Shown piece by piece: positions 46,368 to 58,566 of a DNA stretch of 64,000 nt; the first letter of the stretch is position 1; every line of letters starts with the position of its first letter. Position numbers and translations under genes: made by a program. The notes under the pieces are model-generated. The model was not told the origin of the DNA. It searched no databases and saw only the letters and a list, made by a program, of their open reading frames with translations. The DNA is taken from the NCBI RefSeq assembly GCF_057098645.1, contig NZ_CM169472.1; one strand, 5' to 3'.

Positions 46368-48557
46368 TTAATCAGCTAATGGCTGCGGGCGACCAATCAA
46401 ATACCCTTGCAGATATTGCACCCCGAGCTTATGCAATAGCGCCTGTTGCTGTTGCGTCTCGACAAACTCCGCGACCACACTCAATGACTTCGCTTTCGCC
46501 AGATCGGTAATTGATCTAACAATCATCGCATCCAGCGTGTTCGTGACGATATCTTTCACAAAGACGCCATCAATTTTGATGATATCAGCCTGCAAACGCT
46601 TTAACCGTTCGTAGTTGGCATAGCCGGTGCCAAAGTCATCAATCGCAATCCGGAAACCAAACTTATGCAGCTGCTCGATGTTGTACATGCTGCTTTCTGC
46701 GTTAGAAAACGCCTGCTCCTCGGTGATCTCAAGAATGACCGCCTGCGGGGAGATGTGATAACGCTTAAATAGACGAATAATCCGCCCGGCAATATTCTTT
46801 TGCAGCAGCGTGAGCGGCATTAAATTAACTGAAAAGCGCGGGCCTTTTTTGTCGCAAGGGTGTGTTGCCAGCCACTTCAACAAGGATTCCAGCACTTGCA
46901 AATCAAAACGCGCGCTAAGGTTAAACTGAGCAATAAGGGGCAGAAACTTATCCGGGGTCATAATGCCGCCGTCATATTTCAGTCGCGCGAGGATCTCATC
47001 ATAACCTTCACCTTCTTTGTTGCGAATTGGCTGGGCGTAGAGCAGCAAATCACCCTGATCTAACGCCGTGCGAATGGTATTCAGCAATAGCACCTGTTTA
47101 GTGGTCTGCCCGGAAACCATCTCCTCTCTGCTATCCAGCGCCAGCACATGATGATGTGCGCAGGATTGCTCCGCCAGCCAGCTTAACTGCCCCAACAAGG
47201 GTTGCAGGGTTTCCTGATTTCCATCAAAACGCCCCCAGGCAGCACCATAGCCCATATCCAGCCCGGTATTGTTCCAGTGAATTTGCCGACTATTCAGGAT
47301 GTTAACCATATGCTGGAGTCGCCCTTCCGTTTCCGGCCCGCTCAGCACTAACAGCAGTTCACTACCCGGCAATTGATACAACTTTTCGTTTTCCTGCATC
47401 AACGGCAGCAGCGTACGGTAGATTGAGCGGATACAGTGAACGCGCATCATTAAGCCGTAATGACGACTCATAAACTCAAGATTATCAATGCGCAGGCAGC
47501 AAAAACTCTTGCCCACCTCTTGCTCCGGTGCTTGTTCCAACGCACGAAAGTTGGGTAGGAGCGTTAACGGATCAGTCAGCGCCTGCAAATGCCAGCGGCG
47601 ATTAAGCCATTCACTGCGATGATAAATGCGCACCATATAGAGCAGGCAAACGCTAAAGGAAATCAGCACCGCAAGAATAAATGCCAGCGAATATTCGGTT
47701 TCCCCCCCTTGCAAAAAGTTCTGGTTGTAATTCAGCAGGCAAAGCGTTGAAACAGCCCAGGTGAGATTTAAAAACGGATAGCGAAGCTTACCGACCCCGA
47801 GGGTAAAGATGATGAAGAAAACGGGTACCAGGTAACCGGCAATAAAGTCGTTTTCATAAGGTGTGCACAACAGAAGTAGCAGCACGCTTAACGCTGCCAG
47901 CCAGCTTAAGGTAAATGCGCGTTTCTCTTTGCCCAACGACGGAGCGATATCCCTGCGCCACAATATCTGCGCAAAGTGGGGACTTACAATCATGCGAGTG
48001 AGATAGTAGAAAAGCATGTTGTAAATCAGCACAGCGGTGAAAAGGCTTAGCAAATCAACGACCGTGAAAATGGCATCCGCATCGCCGAAAAAGGTGGATA
48101 TCTTTAGCGGGAAATCAAAGAAGCTCCCCACAAGATACATGCTGCATTTGATGCCGATCGGCGTCACCAAACCAAGCCAGAACAGACGTTGCCAGACATA
48201 TCGGCTGGTCAATCCATAACGCCAACGCGTCCCCAGCTGCCAGCGCAATATTGCGCAGGCACACAACACGACAAACGTCTGGCTACCGAGCATGACCGCA
48301 GTCTGTAAAAAAGAGAGATGAAAGTTCCACAGATTGGTGCAAAACATCCCGCATAAAACGGGAACGACACCGCGCCAGCCAAAGATAAACAAGATTGACA
48401 GCATTACGCACAGTGGCATCCACGCCAGAAAGATATAACTGGAATGGATAATGGCAAGTGGCGAAATAAAACGGGAAAGCTGAATAAGTACCACGGTGAG
48501 CGTAAACGCTAGTGTGAATATCTTGATATTTTTTATCAGGTTATGCTCCACAAACAT
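46368..48557 (-). CDS. pdeA: PdeA (YfeA) membrane-anchored EAL-domain c-di-GMP phosphodiesterase, 729 aa
   Basis: MASE1-like membrane region, degenerate GGDEF, EAL domain; start taken at MFVEHNLIK. Confidence 0.88.
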   Translation of the reverse strand: MFVEHNLIKNIKIFTLAFTLTVVLIQLSRFISPLAIIHSSYIFLAWMPLCVMLSILFIFGWRGVVPVLCGMFCTNLWNFHLSFLQTAVMLGSQTFVVLCACAILRWQLGTRWRYGLTSRYVWQRLFWLGLVTPIGIKCSMYLVGSFFDFPLKISTFFGDADAIFTVVDLLSLFTAVLIYNMLFYYLTRMIVSPHFAQILWRRDIAPSLGKEKRAFTLSWLAALSVLLLLLCTPYENDFIAGYLVPVFFIIFTLGVGKLRYPFLNLTWAVSTLCLLNYNQNFLQGGETEYSLAFILAVLISFSVCLLYMVRIYHRSEWLNRRWHLQALTDPLTLLPNFRALEQAPEQEVGKSFCCLRIDNLEFMSRHYGLMMRVHCIRSIYRTLLPLMQENEKLYQLPGSELLLVLSGPETEGRLQHMVNILNSRQIHWNNTGLDMGYGAAWGRFDGNQETLQPLLGQLSWLAEQSCAHHHVLALDSREEMVSGQTTKQVLLLNTIRTALDQGDLLLYAQPIRNKEGEGYDEILARLKYDGGIMTPDKFLPLIAQFNLSARFDLQVLESLLKWLATHPCDKKGPRFSVNLMPLTLLQKNIAGRIIRLFKRYHISPQAVILEITEEQAFSNAESSMYNIEQLHKFGFRIAIDDFGTGYANYERLKRLQADIIKIDGVFVKDIVTNTLDAMIVRSITDLAKAKSLSVVAEFVETQQQQALLHKLGVQYLQGYLIGRPQPLAD

Positions 48558-48764
48558 GAGTACACTACTCTCACTGATCGGGGTTTTCAGGCACACAAAT
48601 AATAAGTTTATTCGCATCGCGAAGCAAACAGGGGCCATCCTGTTGCCGATTTTTCATCCAATGATGCTTTCACCAGGCGGCGCTAACCCGGACGTAGACT
48701 GTATTACAAAAGCGGCAAAAAGCAGAGACAAAAAACCCCCGCTTTGCAGCGAGGGTTGGAAATT

Positions 48765-48840
<76 letters not shown>

Positions 48841-48879
48841 ACGATGCGTTTACGTACCAAATTTGCTGGGTGCAAAATT

Positions 48880-48955
<76 letters not shown>

Positions 48956-49190
48956 GTCACGTAAAGCTTGTCGAGTTGACGGGCGGCATCATATGAATTC
49001 CGCCCGAATGTGTCAACGGCAAATTGCAGCGTGTAGTTTCAATCGCTGAAAAATCAGGCAAATGAACAATTTTGGAAAACCGCTCGCATTCAGTAGTTAT
49101 TCATGTCACGGTTTCCTGTAAAGTGGTGCTATAAAATGAACTACTAATAGACCCACATACATTCAGGGAATTGTTATGTTCAAGGAGAGG

Positions 49191-49535
49191 ATGACGCCAG
49201 ATGAACTTGCCAGACTGACCGGCTATAGCCGCCAGACCATTAATAAATGGGTACGCAAGGAAGGCTGGACGACGTCACCAAAACCAGGCGTCCAGGGTGG
49301 CAAAGCCCGACTGGTTCACGTCAATGAACAGGTTCGTGAATATATTCGTAATGCTGAACGTCCAGAAGGTCAGGGAGAAGCGCCTGCCCTTTCTGGTGAT
49401 GCGCCGCTTGAAGTATTGCTGGTGACACTGGCGAAAGAGATGACGCCAGTTGAACAAAAACAGTTTACATCCTTGCTTCTGCGGGAAGGGATTATCGGAT
49501 TGTTACAACGCTTAGGGATTCGCGATAGCAAATAA
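49191..49535 (+). CDS. yfeC: YfeC DNA-binding protein, 114 aa
   Basis: HTH N-terminus; paralogous tandem with yfeD. Confidence 0.85.
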   Translation: MTPDELARLTGYSRQTINKWVRKEGWTTSPKPGVQGGKARLVHVNEQVREYIRNAERPEGQGEAPALSGDAPLEVLLVTLAKEMTPVEQKQFTSLLLREGIIGLLQRLGIRDSK

Positions 49536-49536
49536 T

Positions 49537-49929
49537 ATGAAAAGATTACGCAATAAAATGACCACCGAAGAACTGGCTGAATGCCTCGGTGTGGCTAAAC
49601 AAACAGTTAACCGTTGGATCAGAGAAAAAGGCTGGAAAACGGAAAAATTTCCCGGCGTGAAAGGCGGTCGTGCCAGACTTATTCTGGTCGATACGCAAGT
49701 TTGCGAGTTTATTCAGAACACGCCAGCCTTCCATAACACACCGATGCTTCTGGAAGCCGAAGAACCCCTTGCCGAATACGCACCGGGGATTCGCACTCCT
49801 GCTTATCGGCAAATCATAAGCGCAATAGACAACATGACTCACAGTGAGCAGGAAAAAGTTGCGCAATTTTTGTCACGCGAAGGAATTCGTAATTTCCTTG
49901 CTCGTCTCGACATAGATGAATCAGCTTGA
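49537..49929 (+). CDS. yfeD: YfeD DNA-binding protein, 130 aa
   Basis: Paralog of yfeC with the same TTEELAECLGVAKQTVNRWIREKGW HTH. Confidence 0.85.
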   Translation: MKRLRNKMTTEELAECLGVAKQTVNRWIREKGWKTEKFPGVKGGRARLILVDTQVCEFIQNTPAFHNTPMLLEAEEPLAEYAPGIRTPAYRQIISAIDNMTHSEQEKVAQFLSREGIRNFLARLDIDESA

Positions 49930-49968
49930 CATCCTCCACGCCCTGAATGACGAGGATCCCTGCTACGT

Positions 49969-51177
49969 TCAGGCTGTCGCCTGAATCATTTCGGTGGGTT
50001 CCTGCTTCAACGAGTGGCCTGACTGCACCATCTCTCCACAGGCAAGAACGGCGTGCCCCGCCGCTAAAATGTTACGAGCGCCGTTTACATCGGCGCTCGC
50101 TGTATATCCACATACCTGGCATCTGAATTTACTTTGTGACAGGCGATTTTCTTTCGCTGTATGACCACAGCACGCGCAACGCTGGCTTGTGTACGCTGGC
50201 GGAACAGCAAGCACCTGACCGCCTCGCCAGAGCTGCTTGTACTCAAGCTGGCGGCGCATTTCATACCAGCCCTGATCCAGTATCGAACGGTTTAAACCTG
50301 ATTTTGCCCGGACATTGCGCCCCGGCTGGCTGACCGTACCCGCTGCTGACTTTGACATGTTGCTGACCTTCAAATCCTCAATGACTATCATTGCGTGGTT
50401 TTTGCTGACGGTCGTTGTGACTTTGTGAAGGTAGTCTCTGCGGATATTTGCGGTACAGGAATGCAGTCGCTGTATTTTGCGTTTCTGCTTCTGCCAGTTA
50501 TTGCTGAATTTGACCTTGCGGCTTAACTGTCGCTGAAGTCTCGCCAGCGTCTTCTGGTTTTTCTGAAAACTGTTTACAGGCTCAAAGACTGTGCCATCTG
50601 ACAGCGTGGCGAGTTTAGCCACGCCAGCATCCAGTCCGACCATTGATGCTGAAGGGTGAACCGGAGTTGATACTTCACTTTCTGTCTGAATACTGATGTA
50701 CCACTTACCGCAGGACTGGCTGACAGTGACATTTTTCACAACACCCGTGACCTGACGGCTGTTCCGGTAGCGCATCCAGCCAAGTTTCGGCAGAAAAATA
50801 CGGCTGTTTTCCTGATCGAGCTTAACGCCCTGCTGGTAGCGGAATGCATCATTCTGTCCCCGCTTTTTGAATCGGGGAAAAGCAGCCCGCTTCTGGAAGA
50901 AGTTTTTGTAAGCCCGCTCAAGGTCTTTCAGTGACTGTTGCAATGGCTGTGAGGGCGAATCTTTAAGCCATTGCGTTTCAGTGGCGTTTTTCCACTCAAC
51001 CAGCCAGGAAGCCATTTTCCCGTAAGGGATGTGTTTATTACCGGCCTCATGATTCTCATTCTGACGTGCCAGAGCACGATTGAAAACGAAACGACATGCA
51101 CCTGCGAAGCGCCTCATTTCACGCTCCTGTTGACCACCGGGTCTTAACTGGAATTTAAATGCCTGTAGTCGTTTCAC
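49969..51177 (-). CDS. tnpB: TnpB (IS605 OrfB family; RuvC-like RNA-guided nuclease fold), 402 aa, apparently intact
   Basis: RuvC motifs ([23 protein letters not shown]) and zinc finger CACCGH...CQVCG. Confidence 0.85.
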   Translation of the reverse strand: MKRLQAFKFQLRPGGQQEREMRRFAGACRFVFNRALARQNENHEAGNKHIPYGKMASWLVEWKNATETQWLKDSPSQPLQQSLKDLERAYKNFFQKRAAFPRFKKRGQNDAFRYQQGVKLDQENSRIFLPKLGWMRYRNSRQVTGVVKNVTVSQSCGKWYISIQTESEVSTPVHPSASMVGLDAGVAKLATLSDGTVFEPVNSFQKNQKTLARLQRQLSRKVKFSNNWQKQKRKIQRLHSCTANIRRDYLHKVTTTVSKNHAMIVIEDLKVSNMSKSAAGTVSQPGRNVRAKSGLNRSILDQGWYEMRRQLEYKQLWRGGQVLAVPPAYTSQRCACCGHTAKENRLSQSKFRCQVCGYTASADVNGARNILAAGHAVLACGEMVQSGHSLKQEPTEMIQATA

Positions 51178-51184
51178 AGGCCAA

Positions 51185-51615
51185 ATGATACTTTGGTCTG
51201 TGAAAAAAGAAACCGATATCCGGCGTGGAAGGCATTGTGTTTTCCTGATGCATGTTCACCTGGTCTTTGTCCCAAATACTGACGCCAGGTTTTTGACCAT
51301 GACGCGACAGAAAAACTACGCACTTACTTTTCAAATGTATGTGCTGATTTTGAAGCTGAACTGGTTGAAATGGATGGCGAACCAGATCACGTCCATTTGT
51401 TAATTAACTATCCTCCCAAACTGGCGATATTCAGTCTGGTAAACAGCCTCAAAGGCATATCGAATAGGTTACTGCGACGAGATCGACCAGATATTGCAGT
51501 CAGGTATTACTACAAAGGCGTTATGTGGAGTCCTGGCTATTTTGCCAGTAGCTGCGGAGGTGCGCCAATATCCGTCATCCGCCAATACATTGAACAACAG
51601 CAAACACCTGGTTAG
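51185..51615 (+). pseudogene. IS200-type Y1 (HUH) transposase TnpA, disrupted by frameshift
   Basis: N-terminal part (HCVFLMHVHLVFVP) in one frame and C-terminal part (MDGEPDHVHLLINYPPKLAIFSLVNSLKG...WSPGYFASSCGGAPISVIRQYIEQQ) in another. Confidence 0.75.
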
Positions 51616-51676
51616 GTGGAAAACCGCGCCTTATATCCCCGCCCTGAAGGACGGGGTTTTACGGCGCACCGGATAA

Positions 51677-51712
51677 ATAAAAAACGGCAGGGGTATTTCT
51701 CCTGCCGTTTAT
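51677..51712 (-). terminator. gltX rho-independent terminator
   Basis: AACGGCAGG-ggtatttct-CCTGCCGTT followed on minus strand by U-run. Confidence 0.7.
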
Positions 51713-51726
51713 CTTTTATGCGCTAA

Positions 51727-53142
51727 TTACTGCTGGTTTTCACGTTCCGCAATAAAAGACAGCGCTTTGTTGATACGCTCGATACTGCGGGTCTTACCGA
51801 TTGCGTGAACGGTAACATCCAGTGCTGGAGACTGCCCCGCACCGGTTACGGCGACACGCAGCGGCATACCAACTTTACCCATACCCACTTCCAGCTCATC
51901 CGCCGTCGCCTGAATAGCGTGATGAACGTTTTCAGCGGTCCAGTCAGTAATCGCGGCCAGTTTGTCACGAACCACTTCCAGCGGCTGACGCGCTACCGGA
52001 CGCAGATGTTTTTTCGCCGCATCGGCATCGAACTCAGCAAAATCTTCGTAGAAATAACGGCAGCTCTGTGCCATCTCTTTCAGCGTCTTGCAGCGTTCGC
52101 CCAGCAGTTTCACCAGATCAGCCAGCTGCGGGCCGTTACGGGTATCGATATTTTCCTGCTCAATGTGCCACTGTAAGTGAGTAGCAACATACTCCGGCGG
52201 CAGCGCGTTAATGTAGTGATGGTTCAGCCACAGCAGCTTGTCGGTGTTGAACGCACTGGCAGATTTGCTGACGGCATTCAAAGTGAAGTATTTGATCATC
52301 TCTTCACGAGTGAAGATTTCCTGATCGCCGTGGGACCAGCCCAGACGCACCAGATAGTTCAGCAGTGCTTCTGGCAAATAACCGTCATCACGATACTGCA
52401 TTACGCTGACTGCCCCGTGACGTTTGGACAGTTTTTTGCCGTCATCGCCGTTGATCATAGAAACGTGCGCGTAAACCGGTACCGGCGCTTTCAGGGCTTT
52501 AAGAATGTTGATCTGGCGTGGCGTGTTGTTGATATGGTCTTCGCCACGGATAACGTGGGTGATTTCCATATCCCAGTCATCGACAACCACACAGAAGTTA
52601 TAGGTTGGGGAACCATCGGTACGGCGGATAATAAGATCGTCCAGTTCCTGGTTGCTGAACTCGATCGGACCACGGATCTGATCGTCAAAAACAACAGAAC
52701 CTTCCTGCGGGTTAGCAAAACGTACGACACACGGCTCATCATCAGCGTGATGCTCATGACTGTGGCGGCAGCGACCGTCATAACGCGGCTTCTCACCTTT
52801 CGCCATTTGCTCTTCACGCAGCGCTTCCAGGCGCTCTTTAGAGCAATAGCATTTATAAGCTGTGCCCTCTTCCAGCATCTGATCGATCACCGCGTTGTAG
52901 CGATCAAAACGTTTGGTCTGGAAGTACGGACCTTCATCCCACTCCAGGCTCAGCCAGTTCATGCCATCCATAATGGCTTCGATAGCTTCCGGCGTGGAAC
53001 GCTCAAGATCGGTGTCTTCAATACGCAGCACGAACTCACCGCCGTGATTACGTGCAAAAAGCCAGGAGTAAAGAGCAGTACGCGCGCCGCCAACGTGCAG
53101 ATAGCCTGTTGGGCTTGGCGCGAAGCGAGTTTTGATTTTCAT
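51727..53142 (-). CDS. gltX: glutamyl-tRNA synthetase, 471 aa
   Basis: [27 protein letters not shown]... HIGH motif, KLSKR motif. Confidence 0.95.
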   Translation of the reverse strand: MKIKTRFAPSPTGYLHVGGARTALYSWLFARNHGGEFVLRIEDTDLERSTPEAIEAIMDGMNWLSLEWDEGPYFQTKRFDRYNAVIDQMLEEGTAYKCYCSKERLEALREEQMAKGEKPRYDGRCRHSHEHHADDEPCVVRFANPQEGSVVFDDQIRGPIEFSNQELDDLIIRRTDGSPTYNFCVVVDDWDMEITHVIRGEDHINNTPRQINILKALKAPVPVYAHVSMINGDDGKKLSKRHGAVSVMQYRDDGYLPEALLNYLVRLGWSHGDQEIFTREEMIKYFTLNAVSKSASAFNTDKLLWLNHHYINALPPEYVATHLQWHIEQENIDTRNGPQLADLVKLLGERCKTLKEMAQSCRYFYEDFAEFDADAAKKHLRPVARQPLEVVRDKLAAITDWTAENVHHAIQATADELEVGMGKVGMPLRVAVTGAGQSPALDVTVHAIGKTRSIERINKALSFIAERENQQ

Positions 53143-53355
53143 GAAATGGCCTTACGTTTAGAAAGATGCCGACAACCGGCAAATCCTGGAAAAATTGAGT
53201 GGGCGATATTCTATCACTCCCGCCTGATTCCTCAATGTAGTTCGGGTTGCAACCTTACGCATTATTGTTTTCGTTGAGAAATTGCGCAACACGGTCTGTT
53301 TTGCGATCATCTTGCTTAAATTTACGACGAACGAACAATTTCTTTAGAAAATGCG

Positions 53356-53384
53356 TTGACTCATTTTGAACTCTCCCTATAATG
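53356..53384 (+). promoter_or_regulatory. sigma70-type promoter of the valU-valX-valY-lysV tRNA operon (TTGACT-N16-TATAAT)
   Basis: Consensus -35 and -10 hexamers about 16 nt upstream of first tRNA. Confidence 0.6.
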
Positions 53385-53400
53385 CGACTCCACACAGCGG

Positions 53401-53476
53401 GGGGGATTAGCTCAGCTGGGAGAGCACCTCCCTTACAAGGAGGGGGTCGGCGGTTCGATCCCGTCATCACCCACCA
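53401..53476 (+). tRNA. valU: tRNA-Val (UAC), copy 1, with G at position 4
   Basis: 76-nt tRNA; differs from copies 2 and 3 only at position 4 (GGGGGATTAG vs GGGTGATTAG). Confidence 0.85.
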
Positions 53477-53520
53477 ACTACTTTATGTAGTCTCCGCCGT
53501 GTAGCAAGAAATTGAGAAGT

Positions 53521-53596
53521 GGGTGATTAGCTCAGCTGGGAGAGCACCTCCCTTACAAGGAGGGGGTCGGCGGTTCGATCCCGTCATCACCCACCA
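53521..53596 (+). tRNA. valX: tRNA-Val (UAC), copy 2
   Basis: GGGTGATTAGCTCAGCTGGGAGAGCACCTCCCTTACAAGGAGGGGGTCGGCGGTTCGATCCCGTCATCACCCACCA. Confidence 0.93.
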
Positions 53597-53642
53597 CTTT
53601 CTCGCCAGCTAAATTTCTTGTAAAAATGTGAAGTACCGAAGT

Positions 53643-53718
53643 GGGTGATTAGCTCAGCTGGGAGAGCACCTCCCTTACAAGGAGGGGGTCGGCGGTTCGA
53701 TCCCGTCATCACCCACCA
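53643..53718 (+). tRNA. valY: tRNA-Val (UAC), copy 3
   Basis: Identical to copy 2. Confidence 0.93.
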
Positions 53719-53722
53719 CTTC

Positions 53723-53798
53723 GGGTCGTTAGCTCAGTTGGTAGAGCAGTTGACTTTTAATCAATTGGTCGCAGGTTCGAATCCTGCACGACCCACCA
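53723..53798 (+). tRNA. lysV: tRNA-Lys (UUU)
   Basis: GGGTCGTTAGCTCAGTTGGTAGAGCAGTTGACTTTTAATCAATTGGTCGCAGGTTCGAATCCTGCACGACCCACCA. Confidence 0.93.
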
Positions 53799-53802
53799 AT
53801 GT

Positions 53803-53829
53803 AAAAAGGCGCCCTAAAGGCGCTTTTTT
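53803..53829 (+). terminator. rho-independent terminator of the tRNA operon (GGCGCC-ctaaa-GGCGC + T6)
   Basis: Hairpin and T-run directly after lysV. Confidence 0.75.
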
Positions 53830-53862
53830 GCTATCTGCGATTTGTAAGATTGATTTTTCTTC

Positions 53863-53889
53863 TCAAGTTCCTTGTTCTTCTGCCGATAT
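53863..53889 (+). promoter_or_regulatory. putative sigma28 (FliA) promoter: TCAAGTTC-N11-GCCGATAT
   Basis: Matches TAAAGTTT-N11-GCCGATAA at 13 of 16 positions with exact 11-nt spacer, about 29 nt upstream of ORF 53918. Confidence 0.5.
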
Positions 53890-53917
53890 TACCTCGTACA
53901 GTGACGAGGACTGAACA

Positions 53918-54259
53918 ATGGCCACTATCTCTTCAACTTCAATTCCTTCCATACAAACACAGAGTAGTAACAGGGCATCACAAGGTAGCGATGTTGCTTC
54001 ACAAATCGCGCGGATAAGTCAGCAAATCATCAAACTCACTCAACAAATTAAAGAGATTGTAGACACTAGCGGCAGTGCTGAAGACAAACAAAAACAGGCC
54101 GAATTGATTCAACAGCAAATCACCCTACTGGAAACACAACTGGCGCAGTTGCAGAGACAGCAGGCAGAAAAGGCGCAGGAGAAAGAGCAGCGTTTGTCTC
54201 TGAATATATCCCTTCTAAATCCTGTTGAAAATACGACTCATATCGATATCTATATCTGA
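53918..54259 (+). CDS. small Q-rich coiled-coil protein, FlxA-like (113 aa)
   Basis: Ser/Thr-rich N-terminus then Q/K/E coiled-coil ([11 protein letters not shown]...[27 protein letters not shown]); GAGGA RBS; occupies the position of xapR-xapB-xapA-yfeN in K-12. Confidence 0.6.
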
Positions 54260-55176
54260 TACAACGGATCCCCTTCCCGACCAGCCATTAGCGCATTGCC
54301 CTGGTCTCGTACCACGTCCCATAACGCTTCAGCGGCGGTGGAAAGTGAACGGTTCTTCCTGCGCACCAGCATCAACTGCCGTTCAACAACCGGCGTAATG
54401 CGCTTTACCACCAGTGGGCTACCTTCAGGCAATGGTAGCGCCAGTGCGGGAAGAATACTGATGCCGATGCCTGCGGCTACCATCGGGAACAGCGTCGCCG
54501 GATGTCCAATCTCCTGCACAATATTCGCCTGAATACCATTGCGCGCCAGCGCTGCGTCAATCAGCGGTCGGCTGCCTGACGCGTAATCCTGCAACACCAA
54601 TTTCGCTCCCTGTAATGCCTGCCAGGGTACATAATCTTCCACGGCCAAAGCGCTATCGCGATGGCAAAGCAGAAAGAAAGGCTCGGAAAGAATCGCTTCA
54701 CATTGCAGATCGCCCACTGGGCCTGGATCGATGACGATGCCAAAGTCGACATCTCCCTGGCGAATACTTTCCATCACCCACTGCTGCGGACGATCGTGCA
54801 GGACAAACTGAATATCTGGATAGCGGCGATGGCTTTCAGCAATGCATTGCGGAATAAGATGCGCGGAAATGGTCTGGCTGGCAGCGACCCGAACTTTTCC
54901 GCTCAGTTGTTGCCCCATACGCCCGGTATCGCGCAACGTGCTGTTAAGTTCATCCAGCAGTCGCTCAAGACGCAAAGCCAACTGCTGCCCTGCATCTGTA
55001 AGCACCACTTCACGCGTGGTTCTGTCCAGCAGGCGAACACCAGTATGATTTTCCAGCTCCTTCACACTGTGACTTACTGCCGACTGGCTCAGGCCGATAC
55101 GCTCTCCTGCACGACTAAAACTTTTCTCCTGCGCTACTGTGACGAAAACCTTTAATTGTTTTAAAGAATAATTCAT
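54250..55176 (-). CDS. yfeR: YfeR LysR-family transcriptional regulator, 308 aa
   Basis: LysR HTH N-terminus; divergent from yfeH. Confidence 0.9.
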
Positions 55177-55265
55177 CTGTTTTCTTCATGAATGGATGCA
55201 ATAAATCAATTTTATTTCTCAAACTGGAAGAAGCACAATAGAACCATCGATCATCTGGAGTCTTT

Positions 55266-56264
55266 ATGAAACTTTTTCGTATCCTCGATCCTTTCACCTT
55301 AACCCTGATCACGGTGGTGTTGCTGGCCTCTTTCTTTCCGGCCAGAGGCGATTTCGTCCCCTTCTTTGAAAATCTGACCACCGCAGCTATTGCCCTGCTG
55401 TTCTTTATGCACGGCGCGAAGTTGTCGCGTGAGGCGATTATTGCTGGCGGTGGTCACTGGCGACTGCATTTGTGGGTAATGTGCAGCACCTTCGTGCTGT
55501 TTCCGATTCTGGGTGTACTGTTTGCCTGGTGGAAACCGGTAAATGTCGACCCGATGCTCTACTCCGGTTTTCTCTACTTGTGCATTCTCCCGGCTACCGT
55601 GCAGTCTGCAATCGCCTTCACGTCAATGGCGGGCGGTAACGTCGCGGCGGCGGTCTGTTCTGCGTCAGCATCCAGCCTGCTGGGGATTTTCCTTTCACCA
55701 TTGCTGGTTGGTCTGGTGATGAATGTTCACGGTGCAGGGGGCAGCCTTGAGCAGGTCGGTAAAATTATGCTGCAACTGCTGCTGCCGTTTGTGTTGGGGC
55801 ATCTTTCCCGGCCGTGGATTGGTGACTGGGTGTCGCGCAATAAAAAATGGATTGCGAAAACTGACCAGACGTCCATTCTGTTGGTGGTTTATACAGCGTT
55901 CAGCGAAGCCGTCGTTAATGGTATCTGGCATAAAGTTGGCTGGGGATCATTGCTGTTTATCGTGGTGGTCAGCTGCGTTCTTCTGGCTATCGTGATTGTA
56001 GTTAACGTCTTTATGGCACGCCGACTAGGCTTCAATAAAGCAGATGAAATTACTATCGTCTTTTGTGGTTCGAAAAAGAGTCTGGCAAATGGCATCCCGA
56101 TGGCAAACATTCTTTTCCCCACATCGGTGATCGGTATGATGGTGCTGCCCCTGATGATTTTCCATCAGATCCAATTGATGGTCTGTGCGGTGCTGGCGCG
56201 TCGATACAAACGCCAGACCGAACAGTTACAGGCGCAGCAGGAAAGCAGCACCGATAAAGCTTAA
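55266..56264 (+). CDS. yfeH: YfeH bile acid:sodium symporter-family transporter, 332 aa
   Basis: Polytopic membrane ORF; synteny. Confidence 0.9.
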   Translation: MKLFRILDPFTLTLITVVLLASFFPARGDFVPFFENLTTAAIALLFFMHGAKLSREAIIAGGGHWRLHLWVMCSTFVLFPILGVLFAWWKPVNVDPMLYSGFLYLCILPATVQSAIAFTSMAGGNVAAAVCSASASSLLGIFLSPLLVGLVMNVHGAGGSLEQVGKIMLQLLLPFVLGHLSRPWIGDWVSRNKKWIAKTDQTSILLVVYTAFSEAVVNGIWHKVGWGSLLFIVVVSCVLLAIVIVVNVFMARRLGFNKADEITIVFCGSKKSLANGIPMANILFPTSVIGMMVLPLMIFHQIQLMVCAVLARRYKRQTEQLQAQQESSTDKA

Positions 56265-56479
56265 AGCGGACGCTTCAGGGGCTGGACCAGTTGCGTCAGC
56301 CCCTCGGTTTTAATCAGCAGCGTGATTTGCATTAGCTCACCGAGCTTCCCTGCCGGAAACTCATCTTTGCGGGTAAACCACAGCAGATACTCCTCCGGCA
56401 GGTCGATTAAGCGACGCCCTTTGTATTTGCCAAACGGCATTATCGTATTGGCTATTTCAATCAGCTGCTCTTTTTCCAT
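56261..56479 (-). CDS. ypeB: YpeB (DUF3820), 72 aa
   Basis: MEKEQLIEIANTIMPFGKYKGRRLIDLPEEYLLWF...; immediately downstream of ligA. Confidence 0.8.
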   Translation of the reverse strand: MEKEQLIEIANTIMPFGKYKGRRLIDLPEEYLLWFTRKDEFPAGKLGELMQITLLIKTEGLTQLVQPLKRPL

Positions 56480-56480
56480 C

Positions 56481-58505
<2,025 letters not shown>

Positions 58506-58566
58506 TCAATGCTAAAAACCCCCGACAAGCGGGGGTTCGAAGAGGAGTTAATTTGCCTTAAGTGTA

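Larger units (their letters stand above)
49930..51675. mobile_element. IS200/IS605-family element (about 1.75 kb): intact tnpB, frameshifted tnpA, divergent arrangement; boundaries approximate
   Basis: TnpB and Y1-transposase ORFs back to back; subterminal hairpin ATCCTC...GAGGAT at 49931-49957; bounded by yfeD stop and the gltX terminator. Confidence 0.65.

Noticed and set aside
52177-53277. 366-aa plus-strand ORF
   Set aside because: Entirely antisense to gltX, whose identity is unambiguous; shadow ORF
53645-53914. 89-aa ORF across valY/lysV
   Set aside because: Overlaps tRNA genes and the terminator; not coding
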